The notes beneath the pieces are model-generated. The model was given only the letters and a program-made list of their open reading frames with translations. It was not told where the DNA came from and did not search any database. The position numbers were made by a program, and so were the translations under genes. DNA of 64,000 nt from Dehalococcoidia bacterium (GTDB lineage Bacteria > Chloroflexota > Dehalococcoidia > GIF9 > UBA5629): NCBI GenBank assembly GCA_016930155.1, contig JAFGHL010000018.1, forward strand, positions 283-64,282. Direction: 5' to 3'. This document shows positions 30,045 to 40,073 of the stretch, piece after piece (the stretch's first letter is position 1; each line of letters starts with the position of its first letter).

Positions 30045-31024
30045 GCTTCCATCCTCAGCATATCACGCGCATATAATGCAGCGCCGGTGAGCTCCGCATC
30101 CACACCCAGCCGGGGCCTGACCAGCCGCACCGTCCGGGCGGGCAGGTTAATAGCGTTGGCTTTCATCGACCTCCTGGTCGGACTTAAAATCATTTCCCCC
30201 ATCTTTGATACTCCGCCTCCGATTATGATCATCTGCGGATTCATCAGGTTCACCAGGTTGGCCACCCCGATTCCGAGGTAGCCCGCTGATTCCTCGATTA
30301 CAGCCCGAGCCAGCGCATCACCTTTGCGAGCCGCCTCAGCAACTACCTGTGCAGTTACATCACCCACTTTATCATGGGCCAGCCCGGGAATAATGCTCTT
30401 CTCGCCCCGACGCAATCGCTTTTGCGCCAGCCTGGCGATTGCCGTACCTGAAGCCATGGCTTCAAAGCATCCGCGCTTGCCGCATTTGCAGACCGGCCCT
30501 CCGATCTTGATGATCATGTGCCCGATTTCGGCAGCGCTGCCGTCCGTGCCCTGATATAGCTCGCCGTCGATAATCATGCCTCCACCGATGCCGGTACTGA
30601 CGGTTATATATATAAGATTGTTCAATCCGCGCCCGGCGCCCAGCCTGTGTTCAGCCAGTGCAGCGGCATTGGCATCGTTCAATACAAAAAGAGGCCCTCC
30701 CAGCGATTCAAGCAGCCTGTCTCTGAGAGGTATATTTTGCCAGCGAGGAATATTAGGCGAATCGGCGACAATCCCCCTGTTGATGTCTATCGCCCCTGCA
30801 GCAGCAATCCCAATGCATCCCACCTGATCTCTTTTTAACCCTGCCTTTTCAATCACCTTGGATATCGTCGAACTGATGCGATTGATCACCCTGTCCGGGC
30901 CCTCGCTGCCAAGGGTGAGACAGTATATCCTCGACAGCATTGCACCGTCTCCGTCGAATACAGCGGCGATTATCTTTGTGCCGCCGATATCAACTCCGAC
31001 AACCGGGAATTTAGAGCGGGCCAT
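30041..31024 (-). CDS. ROK family glucokinase
   Basis: VGVDIGGTK N-terminus and ROK zinc motif CKCGKRGCFEA; 327 aa. Confidence 0.87.
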   Translation of the reverse strand: MARSKFPVVGVDIGGTKIIAAVFDGDGAMLSRIYCLTLGSEGPDRVINRISSTISKVIEKAGLKRDQVGCIGIAAAGAIDINRGIVADSPNIPRWQNIPLRDRLLESLGGPLFVLNDANAAALAEHRLGAGRGLNNLIYITVSTGIGGGMIIDGELYQGTDGSAAEIGHMIIKIGGPVCKCGKRGCFEAMASGTAIARLAQKRLRRGEKSIIPGLAHDKVGDVTAQVVAEAARKGDALARAVIEESAGYLGIGVANLVNLMNPQMIIIGGGVSKMGEMILSPTRRSMKANAINLPARTVRLVRPRLGVDAELTGAALYARDMLRMEA

Positions 31025-32441
31025 CTGTTTTTAACTCCAGCGCCCGTTTGTAAAGAGCCTGATAGCGTTGGGCCGATGCCTGCCAGCTGAAATCAAATTC
31101 CATCACACGTTTTATTATCCTTTGCCAGGCGGTTTTGTTGCTGAACGCCTCAGCCGCCTTTTTAAATGTGAAAACCAGTGCTTTTGCGGAGTACTCCGAG
31201 AACACAAAACCCGTTCCCTGTTTGAGATCGCCGCTCAGATTGAGTACCGTATCGGCCAGCCCCCCGGTATTGCGCACAACCGGCAATGTCCCGTAGCGCA
31301 TGGCGATCATCTGGCCCAGGCCGCACGGTTCCCAGAGCGACGGCATGAGGAAAAGGTCCGATCCCGCGTAAACAAGGTGCGCCATGGCATTATCGTAGGT
31401 GATATAGGCCCTGACATTGTCCGGATACTTTGATTCAAGCTGCAGCAGTGACTCTTCGTAATACTCTTTTCCACGTCCCAGGAAAATGAACCGTGCTCCT
31501 GTCGATTTTATTACTTCAGGAACGGCATTAATGATGATGTCCATGCCTTTTTGTTCATCCAGCCGGGAGACCATACCGACCAGTGGAGCCGCGGGCCGCG
31601 GTTTCCAGCCTGCAGTCGTCAGCAGTTTAAGCTTGTTCACCGCCTTACCGGTTGTATTTTCGCTGCTGTAATTGGCCTCGATCAAAGGATCACTTCCAGG
31701 ATCGTACTCATCATATCCCACGCCGTTGACGATGCCGAAAAGGCTGCTCTTGCGAAACTTGATGAACGCCTGCATGCCGCAACCATATTCGGCGGTAAGT
31801 ATCTCCCGGGCGAAATTCTCACTGACGGTATTTATTACATGGGAGCAGAGTATACCCTGCACGATTAAATTCCAGGGTAAATCGGTCAGGCCGGGCACCT
31901 GTGCTAACCAGTACTGGTCTATGCCGGAGCGATGTAAAATGCGGCTGTCGAAATTACCCTGATACTTCAAATTATGTATGGTGAATACCGTACGGCAATC
32001 AAACCGGCCTGCCCTCAGCAAAAGCGGCAATAAAGCTGTATGCCAGTCATGGCAGTGGACTATGTCGGGCTTCCAATCCAGATAGGGTAGTGACTGGCTG
32101 ACGCAGTCGCAGAATACCCAGAATTTTTCGACCTCATCTCCTCCGTAAACACTATCGGATCTGTCAATAATATCTGTGGACAGCAGGTAGACCGGAACTC
32201 CATCGAGGACGATCTGCTCCAGTTTGATCCTCCTGTATTCCTTGAGGGAAAAAACTATAAGTTCATTGATAACAGTCTCAGATTTGTAGGAGGAGTAGTC
32301 CACAAAGCCGTATCTGGGTACTATCACGCGGACCTGATGCCCCATCTTTATCAGCTCGGACGGCAGGGATCTGACGACATCTGCCAGACCACCCACCTTG
32401 GTCAAGGGAGCGATTTCCGCAGCTGCAAAAAGTATTTTCAT
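31011..32441 (-). CDS. glgA: Glycogen synthase
   Basis: MKILFAAAEIAPLTKVGGLADV (KVGGL motif); 476 aa. Confidence 0.93.
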   Translation of the reverse strand: MKILFAAAEIAPLTKVGGLADVVRSLPSELIKMGHQVRVIVPRYGFVDYSSYKSETVINELIVFSLKEYRRIKLEQIVLDGVPVYLLSTDIIDRSDSVYGGDEVEKFWVFCDCVSQSLPYLDWKPDIVHCHDWHTALLPLLLRAGRFDCRTVFTIHNLKYQGNFDSRILHRSGIDQYWLAQVPGLTDLPWNLIVQGILCSHVINTVSENFAREILTAEYGCGMQAFIKFRKSSLFGIVNGVGYDEYDPGSDPLIEANYSSENTTGKAVNKLKLLTTAGWKPRPAAPLVGMVSRLDEQKGMDIIINAVPEVIKSTGARFIFLGRGKEYYEESLLQLESKYPDNVRAYITYDNAMAHLVYAGSDLFLMPSLWEPCGLGQMIAMRYGTLPVVRNTGGLADTVLNLSGDLKQGTGFVFSEYSAKALVFTFKKAAEAFSNKTAWQRIIKRVMEFDFSWQASAQRYQALYKRALELKTDGPL

Positions 32442-32497
32442 GATTAAATACTCCGGTTTGGGCTTGCTTAAGTTTAAGTAATACGAAAGCAGCCCGG

Positions 32498-33808
32498 TCA
32501 GACCTGATATTTGCGAAGGCTTTTACCCTTGATCGTTTCGCCGCTTTCAACCGTCTTGGAAGTGAAATCGGTAGCCTCCACCCAGGGCTCGATCTTGCAG
32601 TTTTTCCCGATTATTACATCGGCCGGTATCCTCGCACCTTTGCCCACCAGTGTTATGCCTGAATTCAGATGTTCGGGCTCCTCCTTGTTAGCAGCGAGAT
32701 CGTCTCCCGCTCCCAGGTGGCACCCGCGGCTGACCCAGACCTGTTTATCGACAATGCTCTTTTCTATAACAGCGCCACGGCCGATAGTGGTGTCCTCGAA
32801 GATGATTGAGTTTTTGACTATCGCTTCCTCCTCGATGAAAACGCGCGGTGATATGATCGATTCTATGACTGTACCGTTGACGATGGCCCCGTTACAGATA
32901 AGCGCCCTGTTTACCCGGGCATGAGGCCCCAATTTGACGGGCGGATATCCCTGCGTAATGGTCCTCACCTCATTTTCCGGATTATAAAGGTTCAGTTCCG
33001 GAAGATCCACGATCAAGTCCATATTAGCCTGCCAGTATGCCTCCACAGTTCCCACATCGCGCCAGTAACCGCGAAAACGAAATCCGAATACTTCGTATTT
33101 ACTTATCAGGTTAGGGAGAATATCATGCCCGAAGTCATAGCCTTCCTGTTTGCTGGCCATCTCCTCCAGAGCATCTACCAGCACTTTTTTATTGAAGATG
33201 TAGATACCCATGGATGCCAGCCGGCTCTTGGTTGTTTTGGGCTTCTCCTCAAAATTGACGATGCGCTCGTTGTGATCGATCGTAATAATGCCGAACCTCG
33301 AAGTGTCTTCCTGAGGGACTTCATAGACCGCCACGGTCACATCGGCATGCCGGTTGCGGTGAGAAGCCAGCATCTGGTCGTAACGCATGCTGTAAATGTG
33401 ATCCGCCGACAGGACAAGGATCTCGTCAACCCGCTGGTCGATTATAAAATAGAGGTTTTGATAGACGGCGTCAGCGGTCCCCTTATACCATGTCCTCTGT
33501 GAGCGACTGAGAAAAGGCTGGAGCAGCACCACTCCTCCCGTTTCACGGTCCATGTCCCACGGCCTGCCCACACCCACATGCCTGGCTAGCGACCTCGGAT
33601 TAAACTGTGTCAATACGGCTACGTTATAAATACCCGAGTTGGCGCAGTTACTCAGCGTAAAGTCGATAATCCGGTATTTTCCACCGAAAGGGACAGCTGG
33701 CTTGGCACGCTCATCAGCAAGAACGCTCAACCGCTCGCTCGCACCGCCAGCCAGGACAATAGCTAAAACCCTGCGCATATCCGATATCGCAATCATACTT
33801 CGACTCAA
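32498..33808 (-). CDS. glgC: Glucose-1-phosphate adenylyltransferase
   Basis: [10 protein letters not shown] (GGxGxRL), [11 protein letters not shown]-terminal left-handed beta-helix repeats. Start uncertain: TTG 33808, ATG 33796 or ATG 33778. Confidence 0.92.
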   Translation of the reverse strand: MSRSMIAISDMRRVLAIVLAGGASERLSVLADERAKPAVPFGGKYRIIDFTLSNCANSGIYNVAVLTQFNPRSLARHVGVGRPWDMDRETGGVVLLQPFLSRSQRTWYKGTADAVYQNLYFIIDQRVDEILVLSADHIYSMRYDQMLASHRNRHADVTVAVYEVPQEDTSRFGIITIDHNERIVNFEEKPKTTKSRLASMGIYIFNKKVLVDALEEMASKQEGYDFGHDILPNLISKYEVFGFRFRGYWRDVGTVEAYWQANMDLIVDLPELNLYNPENEVRTITQGYPPVKLGPHARVNRALICNGAIVNGTVIESIISPRVFIEEEAIVKNSIIFEDTTIGRGAVIEKSIVDKQVWVSRGCHLGAGDDLAANKEEPEHLNSGITLVGKGARIPADVIIGKNCKIEPWVEATDFTSKTVESGETIKGKSLRKYQV

Positions 33809-33910
33809 TTTTAACCAAATGACGGGTAATTGTCGATGGTTACGAATTCTATTATTTAAAAGACTTTTCTCGTACAGCAGCGCAACGTTGAATTTTCCTC
33901 TTCCCGTATT

Positions 33911-34912
33911 TTATTTGCACAGCTCGATTACCAGCAGGTCGAGCGCAAGATCGTCCTCATATTTGCCGGTCTTGATCGCTACATCGGTATCCAGAAGCGC
34001 ATGAAATGACTTCCGTAGCCTGGGCACGGTGAAAGTCCTGGCCTGACGCAGGGTTTTCTCGAGAGGATATCTGGGATGAAGCCCCAGGCTTTCACGTATC
34101 TCCTGCTGGGTCCTGTGATTCAACTCTTTTACTCTCAGGATAATCGCAAGCTGCCTCTCGAGCATAGCCAAGATTTGCTGCGGCGCCGTCCCGTATTTGA
34201 GCATACGATGCAGCATGAGCTGCGCATCCTTGATCCTGCCTTCAATCACAGCATCAACCAGCGCGAAGATGCTTTCCTCCCGCGCAAAACTGGATATCTC
34301 TTTGACATCGCTGTCGCTTATTTCACGCCCTTCACAATAGGTCATCAGCTTATTAAGTTCACCGGTCAGCGACCATAAATCACCCCCTATATAGTCAGCC
34401 AGCAGCGCCACAGCACCTGCTGAGATCTTACCCTTGTTCTTAGCCGTGTAATCTTTGATCCAGGCTGCCAGCTCTTTACCCTTGATTTCGTTCATCTGGA
34501 ACACCCGGTCGGCCATCGGCGCCAGCGATTTCAAAAGCTGGTTGACAGCTTTCGGGTCGAGGTCTGCATCGAAAAGAACCAGCACGGTTGTCTGCGGCAT
34601 CACCTTGAGCTGCTCGGATATGCCCTGCCATTCTTTAAGCGCCTGCCCAACCTCCTCCCCACCTCCATTGGCCTTAGTCTGCCTGTCACCGGGTTGAAAA
34701 CGCCTCAATAAACCCTCTATAATCACCAGTCTGCTCGTCGCCATAAAAGGAACTACGCTGCATACATCAGTAAGCGATCTAATAGATAATCTGCGTCCAT
34801 CCAGTAACGTGGTATTAACATCCACCATGTCCTGGCTGCCCAGGCCGGCTTTGATCTCATTCAACGCCTGGTGGCACCTGTAGTTGTCGTCACCATGTAT
34901 TATGTAAAACAT
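33911..34912 (-). CDS. holA: DNA polymerase III subunit delta
   Basis: [21 protein letters not shown]... is a typical HolA N-terminus; 333 aa. Start trimmed to ATG 34912, with GGAGGA directly upstream. The 134-aa extension of the track ORF overlaps the opposite-strand PRC-barrel gene. Confidence 0.85.
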   Translation of the reverse strand: MFYIIHGDDNYRCHQALNEIKAGLGSQDMVDVNTTLLDGRRLSIRSLTDVCSVVPFMATSRLVIIEGLLRRFQPGDRQTKANGGGEEVGQALKEWQGISEQLKVMPQTTVLVLFDADLDPKAVNQLLKSLAPMADRVFQMNEIKGKELAAWIKDYTAKNKGKISAGAVALLADYIGGDLWSLTGELNKLMTYCEGREISDSDVKEISSFAREESIFALVDAVIEGRIKDAQLMLHRMLKYGTAPQQILAMLERQLAIILRVKELNHRTQQEIRESLGLHPRYPLEKTLRQARTFTVPRLRKSFHALLDTDVAIKTGKYEDDLALDLLVIELCK

Positions 34913-34936
34913 AATCCTCCGGTAAATCGCGCTTTC

Positions 34937-34964
34937 TTGCGGGGTCAGGTAATAATTGTATAAT
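34937..34964 (+). promoter_or_regulatory. Putative promoter (-35 TTGCGG, 16 nt, -10 TATAAT) for the PRC-barrel gene
   Basis: TTGCGG at 34937-34942 and a perfect TATAAT at 34959-34964, in the 100-bp divergent holA / PRC-barrel intergenic region. Confidence 0.45.
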
Positions 34965-35012
34965 ATTGAGCAAAAATGCAATACCGGTAAGTGTGGAAAA
35001 CGCGGAGGTAAT

Positions 35013-35243
35013 ATGCTGGTAAAAAAATTGCTGGGAAAAGAAGTAATCGGCTCACGTGGAGATAAAATTGGCAAAATGGCCGACCTGGACATCGACATTG
35101 TTTCAGGAGTCGTTAAATCTGCAGTCATAAACGCCGGCCTCAGAACGAAATACAAGATCAAGCTCGACGATATCGTAACGGTAGGAGACACCATAATCCT
35201 CAGGCTATCCGGCGCCGATTTGAAAAAATCAGTCAAGAAGTAA
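35013..35243 (+). CDS. Stand-alone PRC-barrel domain protein (76 aa), paralog of 28480..28701
   Basis: MLVKKLLGKEVIGSRGDKIGKMADLDIDIVSGVVKSAVINAG...DDIVTVGDTIILRL aligns by eye with the 73-aa protein. Start set at ATG 35013, with GGAGG 5 nt upstream. Confidence 0.7.
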   Translation: MLVKKLLGKEVIGSRGDKIGKMADLDIDIVSGVVKSAVINAGLRTKYKIKLDDIVTVGDTIILRLSGADLKKSVKK

Positions 35244-35360
35244 CGAATATAAGCCGCCAGTGCGCCATTACCGGCAAGGATACCTGAAGATACGCGCCTT
35301 GCCGCTCTCTGCAACGAGGATCACATCAAGCGCCTCCAGCGTGCTGCCCCTTGCTGTCCC

Positions 35361-35389
35361 TTGATTAAAAACGTCTGAAAATATATACT
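35361..35389 (+). promoter_or_regulatory. Putative promoter (-35 TTGATT, 17 nt, -10 TATACT)
   Basis: TTGATT at 35361-35366 and TATACT at 35384-35389, about 80 nt upstream of the 35467 ATG. Confidence 0.4.
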
Positions 35390-35466
35390 TCTTAGACGGT
35401 TTTGCTAAAGCGATAGAGGCTAGTTCCAGGCTGTTATCCCGTGCAGTTTTACACCCGGAGGGCACT

Positions 35467-35727
35467 ATGGCATTTGATGCTTTCGAAGAACAGGAGGAAG
35501 TTATCGAGAATTCGATGGATCTCGAGATGATACGCGATGACCTGATAGCCGAACTTAAGTCAATCAACGAGTATGAAGCTCAGGTTGAGATGATCGATAA
35601 TGAAGATGCCGCTGACACAATTGAGCAGATCCTCGAAGATAAAAAAATTCATGTAGCAAGACTCGTGCACCTGCTGAGCTTGCTTGATCCTGTACAGTCA
35701 GAGAAATTGAATAAAGAATTAAGGTAG
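35467..35727 (+). CDS. Small acidic helical protein, possibly encapsulated-ferritin (EncFtn) family, with no shell gene nearby
   Basis: 86 aa, very acidic. The E29..Y36..H62 spacing (E +7 Y, Y +26 H) matches my recollection of the EncFtn metal-site spacing, but the Glu of ExxH is Lys59. GGAGGG RBS. The family call is tentative; the CDS itself is likely real. Confidence 0.4.
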   Translation: MAFDAFEEQEEVIENSMDLEMIRDDLIAELKSINEYEAQVEMIDNEDAADTIEQILEDKKIHVARLVHLLSLLDPVQSEKLNKELR

Positions 35728-35734
35728 TGAGAAA

Positions 35735-35827
35735 ATGGCACACAAACCAAAGCTAAAGGCTGCTAAAAAAAACCGTGGCAAAACTAAGAGCAGCAAGCGC
35801 AACATAGTCAAGAAGATCACTGCATAG
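35735..35827 (+). CDS. Candidate 30-aa lysine-rich small ORF (MAHKPKLKAAKKNRGKTKSSKRNIVKKITA)
   Basis: Below the ORF-track length cut-off and found by reading the 120-nt gap between the 35467 gene and purD. ATG lies 7 nt after the upstream stop and the TAG stop lies 20 nt before the purD start. Weak RBS (AAGG). About 43% K/R. Confidence 0.3.
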   Translation: MAHKPKLKAAKKNRGKTKSSKRNIVKKITA

Positions 35828-35847
35828 ATTTCAATGGAGACTCCGGT

Positions 35848-37113
35848 TTGAAGGTACTGGTTATCGGCAACGGGGCACGCGAACATACCCTTGTATGGAA
35901 AATTGCCCGTAGCCCCCTCGTCGATGATGTATATGCCGTTCCGGGAAATGCCGGCACCGGTAAGTTGGCCAGCAATCTGGACATACCTTTAACTGACATC
36001 TCCTCGATAGTTGGAAAGGCTCGTGAGCTTGGCATCGGGCTCGCGGTGGTTGGCCCCGAAGCTCCTCTGGCGGCGGGGATCACGGATCTCTTTAACCAAA
36101 CTGGCATTCCCGTTTTCGGCCCTTCCAGGGCTGCCGCACGCCTCGAATCCAGCAAAGCTTTCGCCCGCGACATCATGCAAAGAAACGACGTGCCCTGTGC
36201 CTCAGGTAAAACCTTTACCAGCTATAGCGAGGCTAAAAAGTATATTGAGGCTCATGACCCGCCCATCGTTGTCAAGGCCGATGGATTGGCTGCCGGAAAG
36301 GGAGTAACCGTGGCAAAGACCGTGGATGAAGCGCTGGCTGCGTTGCATTCGATCATGAAAGACCGCGCTTTCGGGGCGGCCGGGGATAAGGTGGTTATCG
36401 AAGAATGTCTACTCGGCAAAGAGGTGAGCCTGCTGGCCTTTAGCGACGGCAAAAACGTGATCCCCATGGTTCCGGCATGCGACTACAAAAGGGTCGCCGA
36501 TGACGACCAGGGCCCCAATACAGGAGGGATGGGCAGCTACAGCCCGCCCGGTTTTTTCGATCAAAAAATGACGGGCCAGGTACTTAAGGATATTATCACG
36601 CCCATTGTAGGCGCCATGGCTAAAGAAGGTTCTCCCTACAAAGGCGTTCTCTATACAGGGCTGATCCTCACACAGCAGGGACCAAAGGTGCTCGAGTTCA
36701 ACGCCCGCTTTGGCGATCCTGAAACGCAGGTGATACTGCCGAGGCTGGAGTCTGATCTGGTGGAAATCATGCTGGCTGCGCTTGACGGCAGGCTCGACCG
36801 TAAGAAGATCGAATGGGGCAGCGATGCATGCGTGGGCGTGGTTATGTCGTCGGGCGGATATCCTGGCACTTACCGCACGGATCTCCCCATTAATATATCG
36901 GACAGGTTGGAAAAAGACGTCAATATATTTTATGCAGGCGCCGTTAAACGCGATGATGGTAAGATCGTTACCAGCGGAGGCCGGGTTTTAACGCTAACGG
37001 CTACAGGCAGTACTTTAAAAGAAGCCAGGGAGAGAGTATACCGCAATATACAATATGTCGATTTTGAGGGATGCCACTTCCGGAGGGACATTGCGGCGAG
37101 GGAGGTGACTTGA
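35848..37113 (+). CDS. purD: Phosphoribosylamine--glycine ligase
   Basis: MKVLVIGNGAREH N-terminus, ATP-grasp; 421 aa; TTG start with GGAG upstream. Confidence 0.97.
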   Translation: MKVLVIGNGAREHTLVWKIARSPLVDDVYAVPGNAGTGKLASNLDIPLTDISSIVGKARELGIGLAVVGPEAPLAAGITDLFNQTGIPVFGPSRAAARLESSKAFARDIMQRNDVPCASGKTFTSYSEAKKYIEAHDPPIVVKADGLAAGKGVTVAKTVDEALAALHSIMKDRAFGAAGDKVVIEECLLGKEVSLLAFSDGKNVIPMVPACDYKRVADDDQGPNTGGMGSYSPPGFFDQKMTGQVLKDIITPIVGAMAKEGSPYKGVLYTGLILTQQGPKVLEFNARFGDPETQVILPRLESDLVEIMLAALDGRLDRKKIEWGSDACVGVVMSSGGYPGTYRTDLPINISDRLEKDVNIFYAGAVKRDDGKIVTSGGRVLTLTATGSTLKEARERVYRNIQYVDFEGCHFRRDIAAREVT

Positions 37114-37571
37114 TGGCTCTGGTTGGAATCATAATAGGCAGCAAGACGGATGAGGAGTTCATTCAGCCTGCCCTTGATATATTTAAAGAATTTAAGATAG
37201 ATTACGATATCGATATATTGTCCGCCCATCGTAAGCCGGACAGGGTGCGCCGGTATGCGCTTGAAGCAGGCGCGAAAGGCTATGAGGTTATAATTGCTGC
37301 TGCGGGCAGCGCCGCCCATCTGCCCGGCGTGATCGCTTCGTGGACAACTCTGCCTGTTATAGGGGTGCCTTTGCCCACCAGCGATTTAAAAGGTATAGAC
37401 TCACTTTATTCTATTGTACAAATGCCGGGCGGTGTCCCGGTTGCCTGCACGGGTATAGGAACGGCTGGAGTTAAGAATGCGGCGCTGCTGGCCGTCCAGG
37501 TTCTGGGAATTAAATTCGAAGAGATAAAAAAATCCTTCGCAGAATACAAACGCAGGATGGCTGAGGCGTAA
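37113..37571 (+). CDS. purE: 5-(carboxyamino)imidazole ribonucleotide mutase
   Basis: IIIGSKTDEE and AGSAAHLPGV motifs. Start set at ATG 37113, overlapping the purD TGA (TGATG). Confidence 0.95.
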   Translation: MALVGIIIGSKTDEEFIQPALDIFKEFKIDYDIDILSAHRKPDRVRRYALEAGAKGYEVIIAAAGSAAHLPGVIASWTTLPVIGVPLPTSDLKGIDSLYSIVQMPGGVPVACTGIGTAGVKNAALLAVQVLGIKFEEIKKSFAEYKRRMAEA

Positions 37572-37582
37572 GGCAGGTAGAT

Positions 37583-38905
37583 ATGATTGAACGCTATTCA
37601 CGCCCAAAAATGAAAAAAATTTGGTCGGATAAAAATAAATTCGACAAATGGCTGCAGGTTGAAATTGCTGTATGCGAAGCCTGGGCCGATGCCGGACGAA
37701 TACCCAAATCAGCTCTGCAAAATATCAGGAAGGCCAGCGTGGATTTCGACCGCATGGCAGAGATACTCAAGGTCACACATCACGACGTGACCGCTTTCCT
37801 GAATACCGTGGGCGAAACAGTGGGTGAGGATGCGCGCTATATACACCTCGGCCTGACTTCCTCAGATATCATGGATACTGCGCAGGCTCTGCAAATTCGC
37901 GAGGCAGTCGACCTGCTTTTAGAGGATATGGCCGCATTGATCACGGTGCTTGAGGATAGGGCTGTTTCCAACAAGGACACCCTCATGATAGGGCGTACCC
38001 ACGGAGTGCACGCCGAGCCCATAACATTCGGGCTGAAGATGGCCCTGTGGGCGCAGGAGATGAAACGCAATTATGCCAGGCTGGAAGAAGCCAAGAGCTC
38101 AATCAGCGTGGGCAAGATATCCGGCGCGGTAGGCACATATGCCACTGTATCACCGGATATCGAGGCAAAAGCCTGCTCTGCTCTCGGCCTGGCCTGCGCG
38201 CCTATCTCGAACCAGGTGATCCAGCGTGATCGCCATGCCCAGCTTATTACCACCCTTGCCATCGCAGCCAGCTCTCTTGAAAGGTTTGCTACCGAGATCA
38301 GATCTCTGCAGAGGACGGAGATACTGGAGGCAGAAGAGCCCTTTGCCAAAGGGCAGACAGGTTCATCCGCCATGCCGCATAAACGCAACCCGGAGCTTTG
38401 CGAGAGAGTATGCGGCCTATCACGTTTGATCAGGGGCTATTCCGTCACCGCGCTGGAGAATATGGCACTTTGGCACGAACGTGATATCAGCCATTCATCC
38501 AATGAACGTGTTATCCTTCCGGATGCCTGCCTTGCCCTCGACTATATCTTAAGCCTGTTCACGGGCGTCATGAAGGGCCTGCAGGTATACCCCGACAATA
38601 TGAAGCGCAACCTCGAAATAACCCAGGGTCTGGTATTTTCACAAAATGTCATGCTTGCGCTGGTGAGCAAAGGCCTCAGCCGTCAGGACGCATATGAGCT
38701 GACACAGCGCAATGCCATGCAAGCATGGAGAACCAGGACTCCATTCCTCAAACTGCTGAAAGCAGATCCCGATGTTTCCAGCCGCCTGAACGCCAAGGAA
38801 CTGAGCGATTTATTTGATTACCGGCGTTTCCTAAAGCATATAGATACGGTGTTTGAGCGTTTAGGTTTGCTCAAGAAAACCCGTAAATCGCAGACTAAGA
38901 GATAG
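37583..38905 (+). CDS. purB: Adenylosuccinate lyase
   Basis: Fumarate-lyase signature GSSAMPHKRNP; MIERYSRPKM N-terminus; 440 aa. Confidence 0.97.
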   Translation: MIERYSRPKMKKIWSDKNKFDKWLQVEIAVCEAWADAGRIPKSALQNIRKASVDFDRMAEILKVTHHDVTAFLNTVGETVGEDARYIHLGLTSSDIMDTAQALQIREAVDLLLEDMAALITVLEDRAVSNKDTLMIGRTHGVHAEPITFGLKMALWAQEMKRNYARLEEAKSSISVGKISGAVGTYATVSPDIEAKACSALGLACAPISNQVIQRDRHAQLITTLAIAASSLERFATEIRSLQRTEILEAEEPFAKGQTGSSAMPHKRNPELCERVCGLSRLIRGYSVTALENMALWHERDISHSSNERVILPDACLALDYILSLFTGVMKGLQVYPDNMKRNLEITQGLVFSQNVMLALVSKGLSRQDAYELTQRNAMQAWRTRTPFLKLLKADPDVSSRLNAKELSDLFDYRRFLKHIDTVFERLGLLKKTRKSQTKR

Positions 38906-38915
38906 GAGTTGTATC

Positions 38916-39827
38916 TTGAACATTTTATTCGACAGCTCATTGAAACTACCGCTATACGGAAAAGGCAAGGTCAGGGATACCTATCAGGTCGGGGATAAAC
39001 TGCTGATAGTTGCCACCGACCGCATCTCTGCTTTCGATGTGGTGCTTCCCACCGGCATACCGGATAAAGGGATAGTGCTTAACCAGGTATCTGCTTTCTG
39101 GTTCGGAAAAACTTATCATATCATACATAACCATATGGTTGAATCGATTGAGAGCCGGAGGGCGCTGTCGAAGTATTCCCCCTGGAAAAGACCGTTGCCC
39201 GAACTGCTGCTCGGCCGCTCGATGACTGTGCTTAAGGCTGAGCGTGTGCCGGTGGAATGCGTTGTCAGAGGATATATTGCAGGTTCAGCCTGGGTGGAGT
39301 ACAAGAAAAAAGGAACGATTAACGGCAGGAAGTCATCCAAAGGCCTGGTCGAAAGTCAGGAACTGCCGGAGCCCATTTTTACACCTACCACCAAAGCAGC
39401 GGTGGGCCATGACATGCCCCTGTCTCCCGGAGAGTTGACCGACCTGGTGGGAGCGAGGACGGCACGCAAGATCGAAGCTAAAAGCCTAGAGATTTATAAT
39501 TACGCACGTTCATATGCCAGTGAGCGTGGCATCATCATAGCCGATACTAAATTCGAATTCGGTTTCCACGATAAAGAACTTATTCTGATCGATGAAGTTC
39601 TTACACCCGATTCAAGCCGATTCTGGGATGCCAGCCAGTATGAGCCGGGGCAATCCCAGCCAAGCTTCGATAAGCAGCCGGTCAGGGATTGGCTGATTGC
39701 CTCGCATTGGAATCAGAAAAAGCCGGCGCCTGCCCTGCCGGCAAACGTTGTTGAAGCGACAACGGAGCGTTATCGCGATGCATATACACTGCTGACTGGA
39801 AGGAAGTTTAAGAATGTATTTATCTAA
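38916..39827 (+). CDS. purC: Phosphoribosylaminoimidazole-succinocarboxamide synthase
   Basis: LYGKGKVRDTY...ATDRISAFD and ADTKFEFG motifs; 303 aa (long form). Confidence 0.95.
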   Translation: MNILFDSSLKLPLYGKGKVRDTYQVGDKLLIVATDRISAFDVVLPTGIPDKGIVLNQVSAFWFGKTYHIIHNHMVESIESRRALSKYSPWKRPLPELLLGRSMTVLKAERVPVECVVRGYIAGSAWVEYKKKGTINGRKSSKGLVESQELPEPIFTPTTKAAVGHDMPLSPGELTDLVGARTARKIEAKSLEIYNYARSYASERGIIIADTKFEFGFHDKELILIDEVLTPDSSRFWDASQYEPGQSQPSFDKQPVRDWLIASHWNQKKPAPALPANVVEATTERYRDAYTLLTGRKFKNVFI

Positions 39828-40071
39828 AGTCTATATTACGCTGAAACCGACCGTAAACGATCCGCAGGGCCTGACCATTAAAGGCGCCCTTCATAACCTG
39901 GGTTTCAACGATGTGGAGGAGGTCAGGGCCGGCAAATATATCGAGATAAAAGTTGCCGCTAAAGACCTGGAAAAAGCACGGTCCGAACTACAGGATATGT
40001 GTAAAAAGCTGCTGGCTAATCCAGTTATCGAAAACTTCCGTTTTGATCTTGAAGAGATCAAGCCTGCCTGA
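39814..40071 (+). CDS. purS: Phosphoribosylformylglycinamidine synthase subunit PurS
   Basis: 85 aa; VYITLKPTVNDPQGLTIKGALHNLGF typical of PurS. Overlaps purC by 14 nt. No purQ/purL follows. Confidence 0.9.
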   Translation: MYLSKVYITLKPTVNDPQGLTIKGALHNLGFNDVEEVRAGKYIEIKVAAKDLEKARSELQDMCKKLLANPVIENFRFDLEEIKPA

Positions 40072-40073
40072 GA

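Noticed and set aside
34913-35012. Strand switch from a 25-kb minus-strand gene train on the left to plus-strand genes on the right, as a possible replication origin.
   Set aside because: The intergenic region is only 100 bp. I found no cluster of DnaA-box-like 9-mers (TTATCCACA) and no AT-rich unwinding element. dnaA and dnaN are absent. I cannot evaluate GC skew by eye. The region is better explained as a divergent promoter.
35728-35847. Possible purine riboswitch upstream of purD.
   Set aside because: There is no three-way-junction pattern or conserved purine-riboswitch loop sequence. The region is A/K-codon rich and is better described by the 30-codon ORF.
39814-40071. The pur operon ends at purS with no purQ or purL, which could indicate truncation or a pseudogene.
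   Set aside because: purS is intact, and the next gene is convergent with only 2 nt between the two stop codons. Split pur loci are common, so purQ and purL are presumably elsewhere. There are no remnants of either gene in the flanks.
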